This document shows, one piece after another, positions 45,077-52,759 of a DNA stretch of 64,000 bases (positions are counted from its first letter, which is position 1; every line of letters starts with the position of its first letter). The stretch is from a virus, in the IMG/VR virus record IMGVR_UViG_3300011339_000793, positions 32,001 through 96,000 of that record; one strand, given 5' to 3'. The notes under the pieces are model-generated. The model made no database searches. It was not told the DNA's origin and worked only from the letters and a program-made list of their open reading frames with translations. The translations under genes were made by a program, and so were the position numbers.

Positions 45077-45110
45077 AAGAAAACCCCTCTAGTTTCCTAG
45101 GGGGGCTTCC
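45077..45110. terminator. Bidirectional terminator between convergent genes
   Basis: aagaaaacccctctag...ctagggggcttcc. Confidence 0.65.
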
Positions 45111-45121
45111 TTATTGGACTA

Positions 45122-45436
45122 TTAGTCTGCTGATTTCTTTCTGTCAACTAACGAAAACGCTTCGTTGATTTCTGTCGTTGTGAGTTTGCCGTCCGCAAGG
45201 TAAGCACGAGATAGTGCCTCCATTACAGTAGCGACTCCCAAACCACCCGCAAGGGCGATGGACTTCCATACCTCAATCCCAAACAAAGAACCTGCTCCGA
45301 CTACCGATAGCCCTGACGCAGCGAAAGTAGCAATAACTCTTCCAACAAGCATCTTCGCTTTTTCAACGAACCTGTCATCACGAGATTTTTCTACCGCAAC
45401 TGCATTGTTTGCCTTCGCCATGTGTTGTCCTTCCAT
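45122..45436 (-). CDS. Putative holin-like membrane protein
   Basis: Two hydrophobic helices, charged C-terminus, next to PG-binding and muramidase genes. Confidence 0.55.
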   Translation of the reverse strand: MEGQHMAKANNAVAVEKSRDDRFVEKAKMLVGRVIATFAASGLSVVGAGSLFGIEVWKSIALAGGLGVATVMEALSRAYLADGKLTTTEINEAFSLVDRKKSAD

Positions 45437-45455
45437 AACCTACACGGGCGTAAAA

Positions 45456-45498
45456 AAACGCCCCGGCTAGTCAAGTTTATTTGACAGCCGAGGCGTTG
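45456..45498 (-). terminator. Intrinsic terminator
   Basis: aacgccccggct...agccgaggcgtt with A-run on the plus strand. Confidence 0.7.
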
Positions 45499-45511
45499 AT
45501 TTGTTTCTAAA

Positions 45512-45988
45512 CTAAATTACAGTAACAGATGTTCCTTCAAAGAGTCTGCCAATGGTATCTGCACAGTTGACCTTGCACTCTTCTACCGCACAACCACAGA
45601 ACTCGGCGAGCGCAGTTTTAGTTCCCACGCTTAACCAACCTCTCTGGTCGGAGCCTGCATCTTCATGTCCAAGAGCAACAAGTCTGTCCTGAACTAATGC
45701 AACTGAGCGAGAGTTTCTGCTTCCTGCTTGGAAAACCAAAGAGGACAACATAACAACTTCGTCATCTGCATAGTCATCTTCAGCCGGTGACTTAGACTTT
45801 TTACTTTTTACTACTGGCTCTACAACTTCTTCTACAACAGCCGGCTCTTCAACAACAACAACTTCTGGTTCTACAGGCTCAACCGCATAGGATTCAACAA
45901 CGATTTGTTCCTCGAAAGCCGGCTCAACTGGTATTGCTACCGGCTCAGCCTCGTAGGAGAAACTTGATAACTCTTCTTCATAACTCAT
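45512..45988 (-). CDS. Acidic protein with C-terminal peptidoglycan-binding-like (PGBD) fold
   Basis: E/V/P-rich N-half; GSRNS.SVALVQDRLVALG....G.....T..AL..F. Confidence 0.6.
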   Translation of the reverse strand: MSYEEELSSFSYEAEPVAIPVEPAFEEQIVVESYAVEPVEPEVVVVEEPAVVEEVVEPVVKSKKSKSPAEDDYADDEVVMLSSLVFQAGSRNSRSVALVQDRLVALGHEDAGSDQRGWLSVGTKTALAEFCGCAVEECKVNCADTIGRLFEGTSVTVI

Positions 45989-45990
45989 TG

Positions 45991-46593
45991 TTAGAACCTT
46001 TCTGGAAACTTGTTATACCACTGCATAAATCTTATCTCATCTTTGTTGGTGTAAGGAGCCTCTACCTTCCAAGCAGCCCAATTTTCGCCACCATTGCTCA
46101 TGTGATAAGCAATCTCAGCGTTAATTACCGCATCAAAAAGGTCTTTGTTGGTTTCGAGGTCATACTTGTCTCGACGAGTTACGCCAAGCCCACCAATCAT
46201 ATTGATTTGAAAGATGCCGTATGAGGAGTCACCCGTTCTTGAATTGCCATTGAAGGCAAGGGGGCGACCATTACTTTCTTTCTTAACTACAGCCCATGCT
46301 GTTTTTAGGGCTTTACCTTCAAACCCAACTGCCGAAAGCAACTGCGCTAATTCGACATCTGTGAATGGAGTCTTCTGCACGGAGAACTTCTTTAATTGGA
46401 GTTCTGCGATTTTTGCTTTTTGCTTTTCTATCTCTGCTTCTATCTTGGAGATGCTTTGTTTTTCATCTTCCTTGACTATGGCAATTTCCTCAACCCAAGA
46501 TGCTTGGGCGTAGGCCGTAAAGACCGACAAGAAAACTACCGACAGAACAACGCTAACGATTTTATCGAAGGCTGTGCCTGTGGGTTTCTTCAT
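45991..46593 (-). CDS. Lytic transglycosylase (SLT/Rpf-like lysozyme fold) with N-terminal signal/TM anchor
   Basis: AWAVVKKESNG (catalytic Glu), SYGIFQIN, NAEIAY, W..W. Confidence 0.85.
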   Translation of the reverse strand: MKKPTGTAFDKIVSVVLSVVFLSVFTAYAQASWVEEIAIVKEDEKQSISKIEAEIEKQKAKIAELQLKKFSVQKTPFTDVELAQLLSAVGFEGKALKTAWAVVKKESNGRPLAFNGNSRTGDSSYGIFQINMIGGLGVTRRDKYDLETNKDLFDAVINAEIAYHMSNGGENWAAWKVEAPYTNKDEIRFMQWYNKFPERF

Positions 46594-46774
46594 TGATTAT
46601 TCCTTTGTTCGGGGACATGGACAGGTGCTGTCTTAGCCACCTCGGCGTCTATAAAAGCCCGCCCAGTTCCCCCCGCTGTGGGGAGATTGGTTGGTTTACA
46701 ACCTTTCAAGTTCGTGCGACCAACTGTAGTCGCTTTGTCGTTGGGATAACAGTAGCACAGAATTGTCAGGGAAG

Positions 46775-46800
46775 TAGCGTTTTTAGGGGAAAAACGCCAC
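46775..46800 (-). terminator. Hairpin / terminator
   Basis: agcgttttt-agggg-aaaaacgcc. Confidence 0.5.
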
Positions 46801-46819
46801 CTCCCTTGTGTGGGATAGA

Positions 46820-47284
46820 TTACATTCCAAACGCTTTTCGGCAGATTGGCCCTAGCCCCAACTCACGACTTACCTCGTCAGTAAGTTCAGCCCCGCATTT
46901 AGCACAGCAGGAGTAGTGAACCGCAAACAACTTCGCATACTTGTATGGGTCTTCTAGCAAAACACGCACAAACATAAGCGTATCTTCGGGTGCTGGCTTG
47001 ATGCGAGTGAACCCTCCGTATGAACCAACTAGACGGCGAAGGTAGGCTGTCTTCTTGAACTCACGGGTTTCAACGAAAACATAATCATTATCAACAGGTT
47101 GAACCATAAAATCACCCATAAGTTCAGATGTAGGTATGGCGTACTTAGATTTAGGCAACTTAGAAAGTGCCCCATAAAGTTCCTTCCAATCCACTTGATT
47201 GGTAGGAATAACCGCAGGTGCGTGAACCGCAGGTGCGGGAGCAGGGTTCTCACCGAAGAGAACCATTTGTGATGCTGTGGTCAT
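46820..47284 (-). CDS. DUF6011-like Zn-finger protein
   Basis: CAKCGAELTDEVSRELGLGPIC. Confidence 0.8.
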   Translation of the reverse strand: MTTASQMVLFGENPAPAPAVHAPAVIPTNQVDWKELYGALSKLPKSKYAIPTSELMGDFMVQPVDNDYVFVETREFKKTAYLRRLVGSYGGFTRIKPAPEDTLMFVRVLLEDPYKYAKLFAVHYSCCAKCGAELTDEVSRELGLGPICRKAFGM

Positions 47285-47306
47285 TTTGACCCCCTTTCAA
47301 AAACAA

Positions 47307-47335
47307 ACAATACTACAAGCCAAGATAAAAGTCAA
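47307..47335 (-). promoter_or_regulatory. sigma70-type promoter
   Basis: TTGACT-N17-TATTGT. Confidence 0.8.
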
Positions 47336-47349
47336 GACGACACACCAAA

Positions 47350-47385
47350 CAAAACCCCTACCCGAGGAAGGTGGGTAGAGGTTCT
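47350..47385 (-). terminator. Intrinsic terminator
   Basis: aacccctaccc...gggtagaggtt. Confidence 0.7.
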
Positions 47386-47410
47386 GTTATGGAGTTTCCT
47401 TGACCTTTGC

Positions 47411-47605
47411 CTACTTCTCCCTAGAGGCTAGCAATGCGCTTGCCACAGCGGAGAGTCCCAGAGCCAAAGTCCAAGTCATATCATTTTGCCACGCAGAGAC
47501 GAAAGACGCAAGCCCGAGCACGACAGTAACTACTGCTGTCCAAACTACATTCATGTTATTCATTAGCCTTCTTCTTTCTTTTGGGGGAGGTTCTTCCTTT
47601 GACAC
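47411..47605 (-). CDS. Small two-TM membrane protein
   Basis: VVWTAVVTVVLGLASFV and MTWTLALGLSAVASALL. Confidence 0.6.
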   Translation of the reverse strand: MSKEEPPPKERRRLMNNMNVVWTAVVTVVLGLASFVSAWQNDMTWTLALGLSAVASALLASREK

Positions 47606-47783
47606 GAGCGGAGGGGTCTCTTACAACCACACCTTTACTACGAATTGCTTTGCGAGCGCATCGGTAGGAAACTTTCAGTTCGCTGGCTACGCTTTCTATT
47701 GACAAACCTTCTTGATACATTTTTGCAGCGTCTTCAGCAATCTTTTTACTTTTTGTTATTCCCGGCAGGGAGGCTCTTGTCAT
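47556..47783 (-). CDS. Small HTH protein
   Basis: MYQEGLSIESVASELKVSYRCARKAI. Confidence 0.75.
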   Translation of the reverse strand: MTRASLPGITKSKKIAEDAAKMYQEGLSIESVASELKVSYRCARKAIRSKGVVVRDPSARVKGRTSPKRKKKANE

Positions 47784-48263
47784 TTACACTTTCTCTTCTT
47801 CGTATGGTCGTTGAACCGCATTTTGAATAACAGCAGGGTCTAGCCCTTTACTTTTCAACCACTCAATAGTTTCAGGGTCTTGTGCTTCATTGTGAACATG
47901 GCGTCCTTCGTTCCAAGTGAAGAAAGAAGTTGTGCCTTCAGGCAGAACCCAGAGGTGATACTGGTTAGAGGTATCAACAAGTTGGCTTTCAGGTGGGAAG
48001 ATTTCTACTGCTTCTCTTTCAGCACCCGCAAGTTCATTCTTGATGCGCTGGAAGTGTCGCCAATCCCTGACAGCCTTTCTCTCGTTGTGTCGGATAGAAA
48101 GATGTAGTCCACTCTTCTCACCAAGTTCAGGCTCTAAAACTGTCTTGACAACTGTATAGAACTTATTTCTATAGATAGTTTGGTTTGGTTCAAGAGTTAT
48201 TTGGTTGGAATTGACTACCGCAATAGCCTCTTCAAACTTATCCCAAGTAGGTTTAGCCGACAA
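47784..48263 (-). CDS. Conserved phage hypothetical protein
   Basis: HLSIRH...DWRHFQRIKNELAG.E.EAVEIFP.ESQLVD..NQYHLW motif. Confidence 0.7.
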   Translation of the reverse strand: MSAKPTWDKFEEAIAVVNSNQITLEPNQTIYRNKFYTVVKTVLEPELGEKSGLHLSIRHNERKAVRDWRHFQRIKNELAGAEREAVEIFPPESQLVDTSNQYHLWVLPEGTTSFFTWNEGRHVHNEAQDPETIEWLKSKGLDPAVIQNAVQRPYEEEKV

Positions 48264-48428
48264 CTACTTGACCCATTTCTTGTATAAACGATAGCCAATG
48301 TATCCAAGAAGGACGGCAATCAAGGCTGGAGTATAAACAGAGATGCTAAAGAAGTTTGAGGAAACCTCAATCCACTCGAACTGACATTGAAACCCGCACT
48401 CGGGGTCTAACTGTGTTATTTCTTCCAT
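48264..48428 (-). CDS. 54-aa membrane protein (not in ORF track)
   Basis: MEEITQLDPECGFQC...ALIAVLLGYIGYRLYKKWVK; SD AGGA plus AAAAGTAAAA spacer. Confidence 0.65.
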   Translation of the reverse strand: MEEITQLDPECGFQCQFEWIEVSSNFFSISVYTPALIAVLLGYIGYRLYKKWVK

Positions 48429-48449
48429 TTTTACTTTTTCCTATTTCTC

Positions 48450-48611
48450 TTAGTTTTTGATTGAGTTGTAGTGAAGTTCAGCCAGTTCTTTGCGAAGTTC
48501 TAAGTTCTCCCGCAACAAATTTCTGTGTGCTTGTATGGAGACTACCATTACAAAGCACGAAGAGGCGAGCGCAATAATAAGTCCTATCATTGTTCCAGTA
48601 TCTAAAAACAT
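48450..48611 (-). CDS. 53-aa TM/coiled-coil protein (not in ORF track)
   Basis: TAATG coupling to upstream gene. Confidence 0.6.
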   Translation of the reverse strand: MFLDTGTMIGLIIALASSCFVMVVSIQAHRNLLRENLELRKELAELHYNSIKN

Positions 48612-48790
48612 TAGGCGTTTACCTCTTCTTCTTGTTTGATGCTTTCTTCCACCGCACGCTTGATAGTGATGTAAGCATTACCGCATGGATAGCAGAATCT
48701 TTCTGTGAAAGGCATCTCCCGCATAAAGGCATCTACGCCTGAATAAATAATCTGAGTGTTTTCACAATGAGGTGTTTGACATTTAGCCAT
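48611..48790 (-). CDS. 59-aa Cys4 protein (not in ORF track)
   Basis: MAKCQTPHC...FCYPC; SD GAAAGGA. Confidence 0.65.
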   Translation of the reverse strand: MAKCQTPHCENTQIIYSGVDAFMREMPFTERFCYPCGNAYITIKRAVEESIKQEEEVNA

Positions 48791-48979
48791 TTACTTTTTC
48801 CTTTCAGGTAGCGGAAGATTTCTCATGTAATCTCTCCGTGCTTCTTTTGTTGGTAATGCTTCTCTCTCAGCCATTTGCTCTTCTGTCATAAAGGCAAACT
48901 TCAATACAAACTCTGTAAACTCTTCTTTAGTCAAAGAGGTTTTCGCAAGTAGGTCTTCACCCTTCTTAGTTATCCTCAT
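48791..48979 (-). CDS. Small hypothetical protein (start revised to 48979)
   Basis: ATGA overlap with upstream stop. Confidence 0.6.
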   Translation of the reverse strand: MRITKKGEDLLAKTSLTKEEFTEFVLKFAFMTEEQMAEREALPTKEARRDYMRNLPLPERKK

Positions 48980-49134
48980 GGGTATAACAAATCTAGGCAA
49001 AATTGGTTCATCTGCTCTGTTGGCACTTTACACATTTCAGGTGTTGTAGCGTCAAGAGCCCAAACAATAAGTGCGATAAAGATAATGACTACCGCAAGTC
49101 TGCGTCTTTTGTATTTTGCTTCTGTTCTAATCAT
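48976..49134 (-). CDS. 52-aa membrane-anchored protein (not in ORF track)
   Basis: MIRTEAKYKRRRLAVVIIFIALIVWAL...; SD GAAAGGG. Confidence 0.65.
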   Translation of the reverse strand: MIRTEAKYKRRRLAVVIIFIALIVWALDATTPEMCKVPTEQMNQFCLDLLYP

Positions 49135-49231
49135 TTTGTCTTTTCCCTTTCTTATTGACTTCCCTAGCCAATAACCTTATTGTATCAACTTCCCTGACAT
49201 TTATCAACTTCCCTGACTTCGGCGTGTCGTC

Positions 49232-49750
49232 TCACTCCGCCTTAGGGAGTGAGAGCAACCACGCTACAAACCGAGCATTACATAGGGCGTTAGGACTTCT
49301 TCGCTCTCTAATCAGGTCAATCGCTTCTTGGGCTGAATAACCTTCTTTGATTAGGACTAGAGCCATAATTAGCCCTGACCTGTTCCAACCTGCTTGGCAA
49401 CGAATAAGAACCTTCTTACCCGCCTTCCAATCTTCGTGAGCAATCCGCACCGCTTGGTAAATCTGCTTGAAGTCAATGTCTTTCATGTCTCCGTCATAGA
49501 ACGGATAACGAAACTCTTTTACTAACCAATCCGCAGGTTGAGCCCACGCATAGGCAGTAATAACTGTGTCAAAGTCTGACTTAGTAATGAACGCACCTTC
49601 ATTGTGCGCCCTAGCATCATTGACAGTATCAAAGTCGTCTGTTCCACCCTGCCATAAGTTAGGAAGAACCTCTGACCATAAATCTTTATCTAGCACCAAT
49701 CCATAGTCGGGTCGGGCTAGGTCTTCATCTACATTTACATTTGTATTCAT
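49232..49750 (-). CDS. Dual-specificity/PTP-like phosphatase (CX5R)
   Basis: SEVLPNLWQGG and VLIRCQAGWNRSG active-site loop. Confidence 0.9.
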   Translation of the reverse strand: MNTNVNVDEDLARPDYGLVLDKDLWSEVLPNLWQGGTDDFDTVNDARAHNEGAFITKSDFDTVITAYAWAQPADWLVKEFRYPFYDGDMKDIDFKQIYQAVRIAHEDWKAGKKVLIRCQAGWNRSGLIMALVLIKEGYSAQEAIDLIRERRSPNALCNARFVAWLLSLPKAE

Positions 49751-49771
49751 TTTTCTTCTCCTTTCAAGGGA

Positions 49772-49800
49772 AGTGTATCAGTTTTACTTCTTTTTGTCAA
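49772..49800 (-). promoter_or_regulatory. sigma70-type promoter
   Basis: TTGACA-N17-TACACT. Confidence 0.8.
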
Positions 49801-49960
49801 ATAATCTAATAATCTGAGCGACTCTGCGAGCCAACCAATCGTTCATAATGTCTGAGACATCTTGATAATACTTCTCATCTTTCATACTACGACCCTTGTT
49901 TCTACGAGAAGCACGCTTTACTGCCGTATAGACCACGCTATCTGGCAATCCTTTTGGCAT
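49784..49960 (-). CDS. 58-aa basic protein, paralog of 42547-42705 (not in ORF track)
   Basis: MPKGLPDSVVYTAVKRASRRNKGRSMKDEKYYQDVSDIMNDWLARRVAQIIRLFDKKK; SD GAAAGGG. Confidence 0.8.
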   Translation of the reverse strand: MPKGLPDSVVYTAVKRASRRNKGRSMKDEKYYQDVSDIMNDWLARRVAQIIRLFDKKK

Positions 49961-49993
49961 TTCTTTTTCCCTTTCTTTCTAGTTGTTATCCGT

Positions 49994-50022
49994 ATTATAG
50001 CCCAACCAAGCGTAAAAGTCAA
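49994..50022 (-). promoter_or_regulatory. sigma70-type promoter
   Basis: TTGACT-N17-TATAAT. Confidence 0.85.
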
Positions 50023-50157
50023 ATCAAGAAGAAGAAGTTGTTTATGTTCTGTCCTCCTTGGTACGCATCAACGAACCTTACGCATAGTTTTTTACTTTTT
50101 GCTATGTACGCTGTCCTGCTGGACTTCAATATAACTTCCGCATCTCCACCAGAAAAT

Positions 50158-50188
50158 AGAAAAAGGTTCGGGGGGGAACCCGAACCCT
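50158..50188 (-). terminator. Intrinsic terminator
   Basis: aaaaaggttcggg...cccgaacc. Confidence 0.75.
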
Positions 50189-50205
50189 TCTCTTTGCGGA
50201 AAATC

Positions 50206-50595
50206 TTAGCGGAGATATTCTCCGAAACGACCCCCCAGTAGGAAAGCAGTCGGGATTACTTGCTTGTTATATCCCAACCAGTGAGCGACTTGCTCGTCAG
50301 TAAGACCTAAAGTCTCACCTTCTTCATCCGCACCCCCAGTAATAATTACATTACCGAGAATAGGATTACTTGCGTTGAAAGTCTCTGAATAGATAGCCGA
50401 AGCAATCATATTTAGTGGCAGACCTTCAGCGATGCCATTTTCATTACACCACAAGTCCGCGTCTCCTAGACCAACGCACTCAATCATTCCACCCACCGAA
50501 TTGCTAAGTAGTTTGTAAGAGTCTCCAATCTCAAACTCTACAACGGACTTAGTGCCTTCAGTAGTAATGATTACTGCCTTTTGTTTTTTACCCAA
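50206..50595 (-). CDS. DUF3846-like protein (TTG start revised to 50595)
   Basis: L...VGG.IE.V, LWCNE.G...GLP.N..AS, ILGNVII.G; SD GGGGGTGA. Confidence 0.75.
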   Translation of the reverse strand: MGKKQKAVIITTEGTKSVVEFEIGDSYKLLSNSVGGMIECVGLGDADLWCNENGIAEGLPLNMIASAIYSETFNASNPILGNVIITGGADEEGETLGLTDEQVAHWLGYNKQVIPTAFLLGGRFGEYLR

Positions 50596-50624
50596 TTTAA
50601 TCACCCCCTTGTTGTTGTTGCGTA

Positions 50625-50653
50625 AGTATAACACTTTGTATAAAGAAAGTCAA
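50625..50653 (-). promoter_or_regulatory. sigma70-type promoter
   Basis: TTGACT-N17-TATACT. Confidence 0.85.
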
Positions 50654-50735
50654 ATCTATTTAGAAAAATTATTGAGGGTTCTTACTTACGACATTGGGCG
50701 AGGACTCCCTCAAACTGCCCCTGTTTCGGTAGGAA

Positions 50736-50975
50736 TTATGCTACGAGGATTACTTCGTATCCTCTTGTAATCTTGGACTGAACCTTGTCATTGGCGTATG
50801 CCTTAGCAAGGAATGGATAAGCAAAACTTTTTACTTGCTTTGCTTGTGCTGAAACATCTTCAGCCTTACCCCATAGGGTGATAACTTTGTTATCTTCTAC
50901 GATAACCTGATAAATCTTCTTGAGACCGGCATTTCCGCGTTCTCCGTCAGACTTCTTGACGAGTATCCACTTCAT
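50736..50975 (-). CDS. WGR-domain protein (start revised to 50975)
   Basis: KIYQVIVEDNKVITLWGK...KSF...A...K...K.TRGY; SD GAAAGGGG. Confidence 0.75.
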   Translation of the reverse strand: MKWILVKKSDGERGNAGLKKIYQVIVEDNKVITLWGKAEDVSAQAKQVKSFAYPFLAKAYANDKVQSKITRGYEVILVA

Positions 50976-51005
50976 TTTTTTCCCCTTTCTGAAGGTGATA
51001 AGAGT

Positions 51006-51034
51006 AGTGTAGCACTTTTGTTTTGTCTTGTCAA
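51006..51034 (-). promoter_or_regulatory. sigma70-type promoter
   Basis: TTGACA-N17-TACACT. Confidence 0.8.
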
Positions 51035-51059
51035 ATCTATTTAGTTTTATTCTTTGAGA

Positions 51060-51085
51060 GAAGCCCCGCACTTGGCGAGGCTTCC
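51060..51085 (-). terminator. Intrinsic terminator
   Basis: aagccccgc-actt-ggcgaggctt. Confidence 0.6.
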
Positions 51086-51098
51086 CCCTTCTAAAGAA

Positions 51099-51179
51099 TT
51101 AGTTGAATAATTCTTTAGGGTTTGCTGGCTGATACCAGTTATCTCCGGAGAGATAATCTTCAAACTGCTCTTCGTTCAT
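51099..51179 (-). CDS. 26-aa acidic peptide in its own transcription unit (not in ORF track)
   Basis: MNEEQFEDYLSGDNWYQPANPKELFN; SD AGAAAGGGGG; promoter upstream, hairpin downstream. Confidence 0.65.
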   Translation of the reverse strand: MNEEQFEDYLSGDNWYQPANPKELFN

Positions 51180-51205
51180 AAGAGCCCCCTTTCTTTGTAA
51201 TACCG

Positions 51206-51233
51206 AGTCTACCAGTTTTTGTAGGGAAGTCAA
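51206..51233 (-). promoter_or_regulatory. sigma70-type promoter
   Basis: TTGACT-N16-TAGACT. Confidence 0.7.
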
Positions 51234-51400
51234 GTCGTGTCGGACTATTTCTTTTCCCCCCTACTCCTTATGACGAACGAGGGTGGCAAATCTCAATGCA
51301 CTAGCGATTTTGGTCAAGAAGTTGTTTGGAAGTTGCCGGGGCCCCCTACCGGTTATTGCAGTTTTTTACTTTTTGCTACGTCACTTAAATCCGGTACAAA

Positions 51401-51430
51401 GAAAAACCCCCGCATCTCTGCGAGGGCTTC
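51401..51430 (-). terminator. Intrinsic terminator
   Basis: gaaaaacccccgca...tgcgagggctt. Confidence 0.75.
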
Positions 51431-51442
51431 TCCCAATTCTGT

Positions 51443-51664
51443 TTAGTTCTTTACAAGAACCGCAGGGTCAAACCCTTTAGCGCACTCACGGCCTACTGGC
51501 CAGAACCCCTGTGAGATAGTTCCCCTGTCTGCATCGCTGGCTGGGTGTAGAACCGAACCCGAGATAGATAGATGAACCAACCATGCGTTGTTTCCTACCT
51601 TGCGTCCGCATTGGCAACACGCATCATCATTGAGACCATTTACAAAATCTCCGAAAGAAATCAT
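51443..51664 (-). CDS. Small Cys-containing protein
   Basis: CCQCGR...VGRECAK; SD AAGGGGG. Confidence 0.75.
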   Translation of the reverse strand: MISFGDFVNGLNDDACCQCGRKVGNNAWLVHLSISGSVLHPASDADRGTISQGFWPVGRECAKGFDPAVLVKN

Positions 51665-51697
51665 TTACTTCACCCCCTTCCTTTCCTTGATAGTCTA

Positions 51698-51726
51698 AGC
51701 ATACTACATCTATAAATAAAAGTCAA
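51698..51726 (-). promoter_or_regulatory. sigma70-type promoter
   Basis: TTGACT-N17-TATGCT. Confidence 0.8.
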
Positions 51727-51978
51727 GTCAAGTTGTTTGGAAGTCGCCAGTTACTCACAAATAAAAACTGTTATCTATCTCACAGTCAAAATGTCCGTTT
51801 TGTCTTCACATTTAATTTGTCAGGGTTTTTGGCAAATCAGACTAGATAAGTTGTTTGGAAGTTGCCCGCAGCCGGCTTTCCAGGGAAAAAAGTGACATAG
51901 CAAAAAGTAAAATTACAACGGCGGCGGAAGTAAGAACCGCGAGTTGTTTGTAGAGCCCGGATGGTAAGACCGGTAAAA

Positions 51979-52010
51979 TAAAAAACCCCGCCATTTCTGA
52001 CGGGGCTTTC
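51979..52010 (-). terminator. Intrinsic terminator
   Basis: aaaaaccccgcca...tgacggggc. Confidence 0.75.
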
Positions 52011-52020
52011 TTAATAAGTC

Positions 52021-52206
52021 TTAGGCTTCTGCCCTTAGACAACGCATCTCTTCTTCTGCGACATCAACCGCATGGAGGAAGTTTTCAGGATGCATTACAT
52101 AGCCGGCAAGGTAGGCGTATTTACCTTCATACTTTCCGTGCCAGAGTTGATAGTGGTTTTCAATACGATACAAGCGATACTCGCCATGCTTTTTTATAGC
52201 CCTCAT
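52021..52206 (-). CDS. Small hypothetical protein
   Basis: 61 aa, coupled to upstream gene. Confidence 0.65.
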   Translation of the reverse strand: MRAIKKHGEYRLYRIENHYQLWHGKYEGKYAYLAGYVMHPENFLHAVDVAEEEMRCLRAEA

Positions 52207-52440
52207 TTATCTATCCAATCGCAAGATACGGACAAGTTCACTAGCAGTTATTTCCCAGCCCGCATCTGTCTTTACGGCAGTAGCAGGGTGAGGCACTATG
52301 TCGGCAGGTAATACGACTACCGCATCATAGTCTTCCTCTTGATAGAGTTCCCAAGCCTTGATAGCAGGTTCCGCATAGTCAAGTGGTAGTGGTGGATAAA
52401 AGTTTCCTCGCAAGTGATAACTCATCGAGATAGTGTTCAT
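52207..52440 (-). CDS. Small hypothetical protein (start revised to 52440)
   Basis: TAATG coupling; YHLRGNFYPPLP...ELVR.LRL. Confidence 0.7.
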   Translation of the reverse strand: MNTISMSYHLRGNFYPPLPLDYAEPAIKAWELYQEEDYDAVVVLPADIVPHPATAVKTDAGWEITASELVRILRLDR

Positions 52441-52568
52441 TACTTTGCCTCGCAATCGTGTCCATACCCGAGTTCATCGGGTGTAAGTGCTTTCTCGCAC
52501 TCACCGCAAATAGGAACAACCTTGCCACTCGCATAGAGTGCTAGGTGCTTTAGAATCATGTCTGACAT
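52440..52568 (-). CDS. 42-aa Cys/His protein (not in ORF track)
   Basis: MSDMILKHLALYASGKVVPICGECEKALTPDELGYGHDCEAK; SD AGGGGG. Confidence 0.7.
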   Translation of the reverse strand: MSDMILKHLALYASGKVVPICGECEKALTPDELGYGHDCEAK

Positions 52569-52602
52569 TTACTTACCCCCTGTAAGTTTGGTTGTTGTCG
52601 TA

Positions 52603-52631
52603 ATCATAACACTCGCTTTGATAAAAGTCAA
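52603..52631 (-). promoter_or_regulatory. sigma70-type promoter
   Basis: TTGACT-N17-TATGAT. Confidence 0.85.
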
Positions 52632-52741
52632 GCCTTTATGTCCATTAGGTAATCCATTTGATTACAAGTAAGGCAGATGTCTAGAGTCTCATCGTAATCC
52701 CACTCCGCACCGCACCAGTTACATTTAGTTGTCTTTAGCAT
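52628..52741 (-). CDS. 37-aa Zn-ribbon peptide (not in ORF track)
   Basis: MLKTTKCNWCGAEWDYDETLDICLTCNQMDYLMDIKA; SD AAAGGGGG. Confidence 0.7.
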   Translation of the reverse strand: MLKTTKCNWCGAEWDYDETLDICLTCNQMDYLMDIKA

Positions 52742-52759
52742 CTTTCCCCCTTTATTAGG

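Noticed and set aside
46594-46760. c-di-AMP (ydaO) riboswitch
   Set aside because: Conserved GCUGAAUC, GGGG...AAUC and GCUAAC elements not found.
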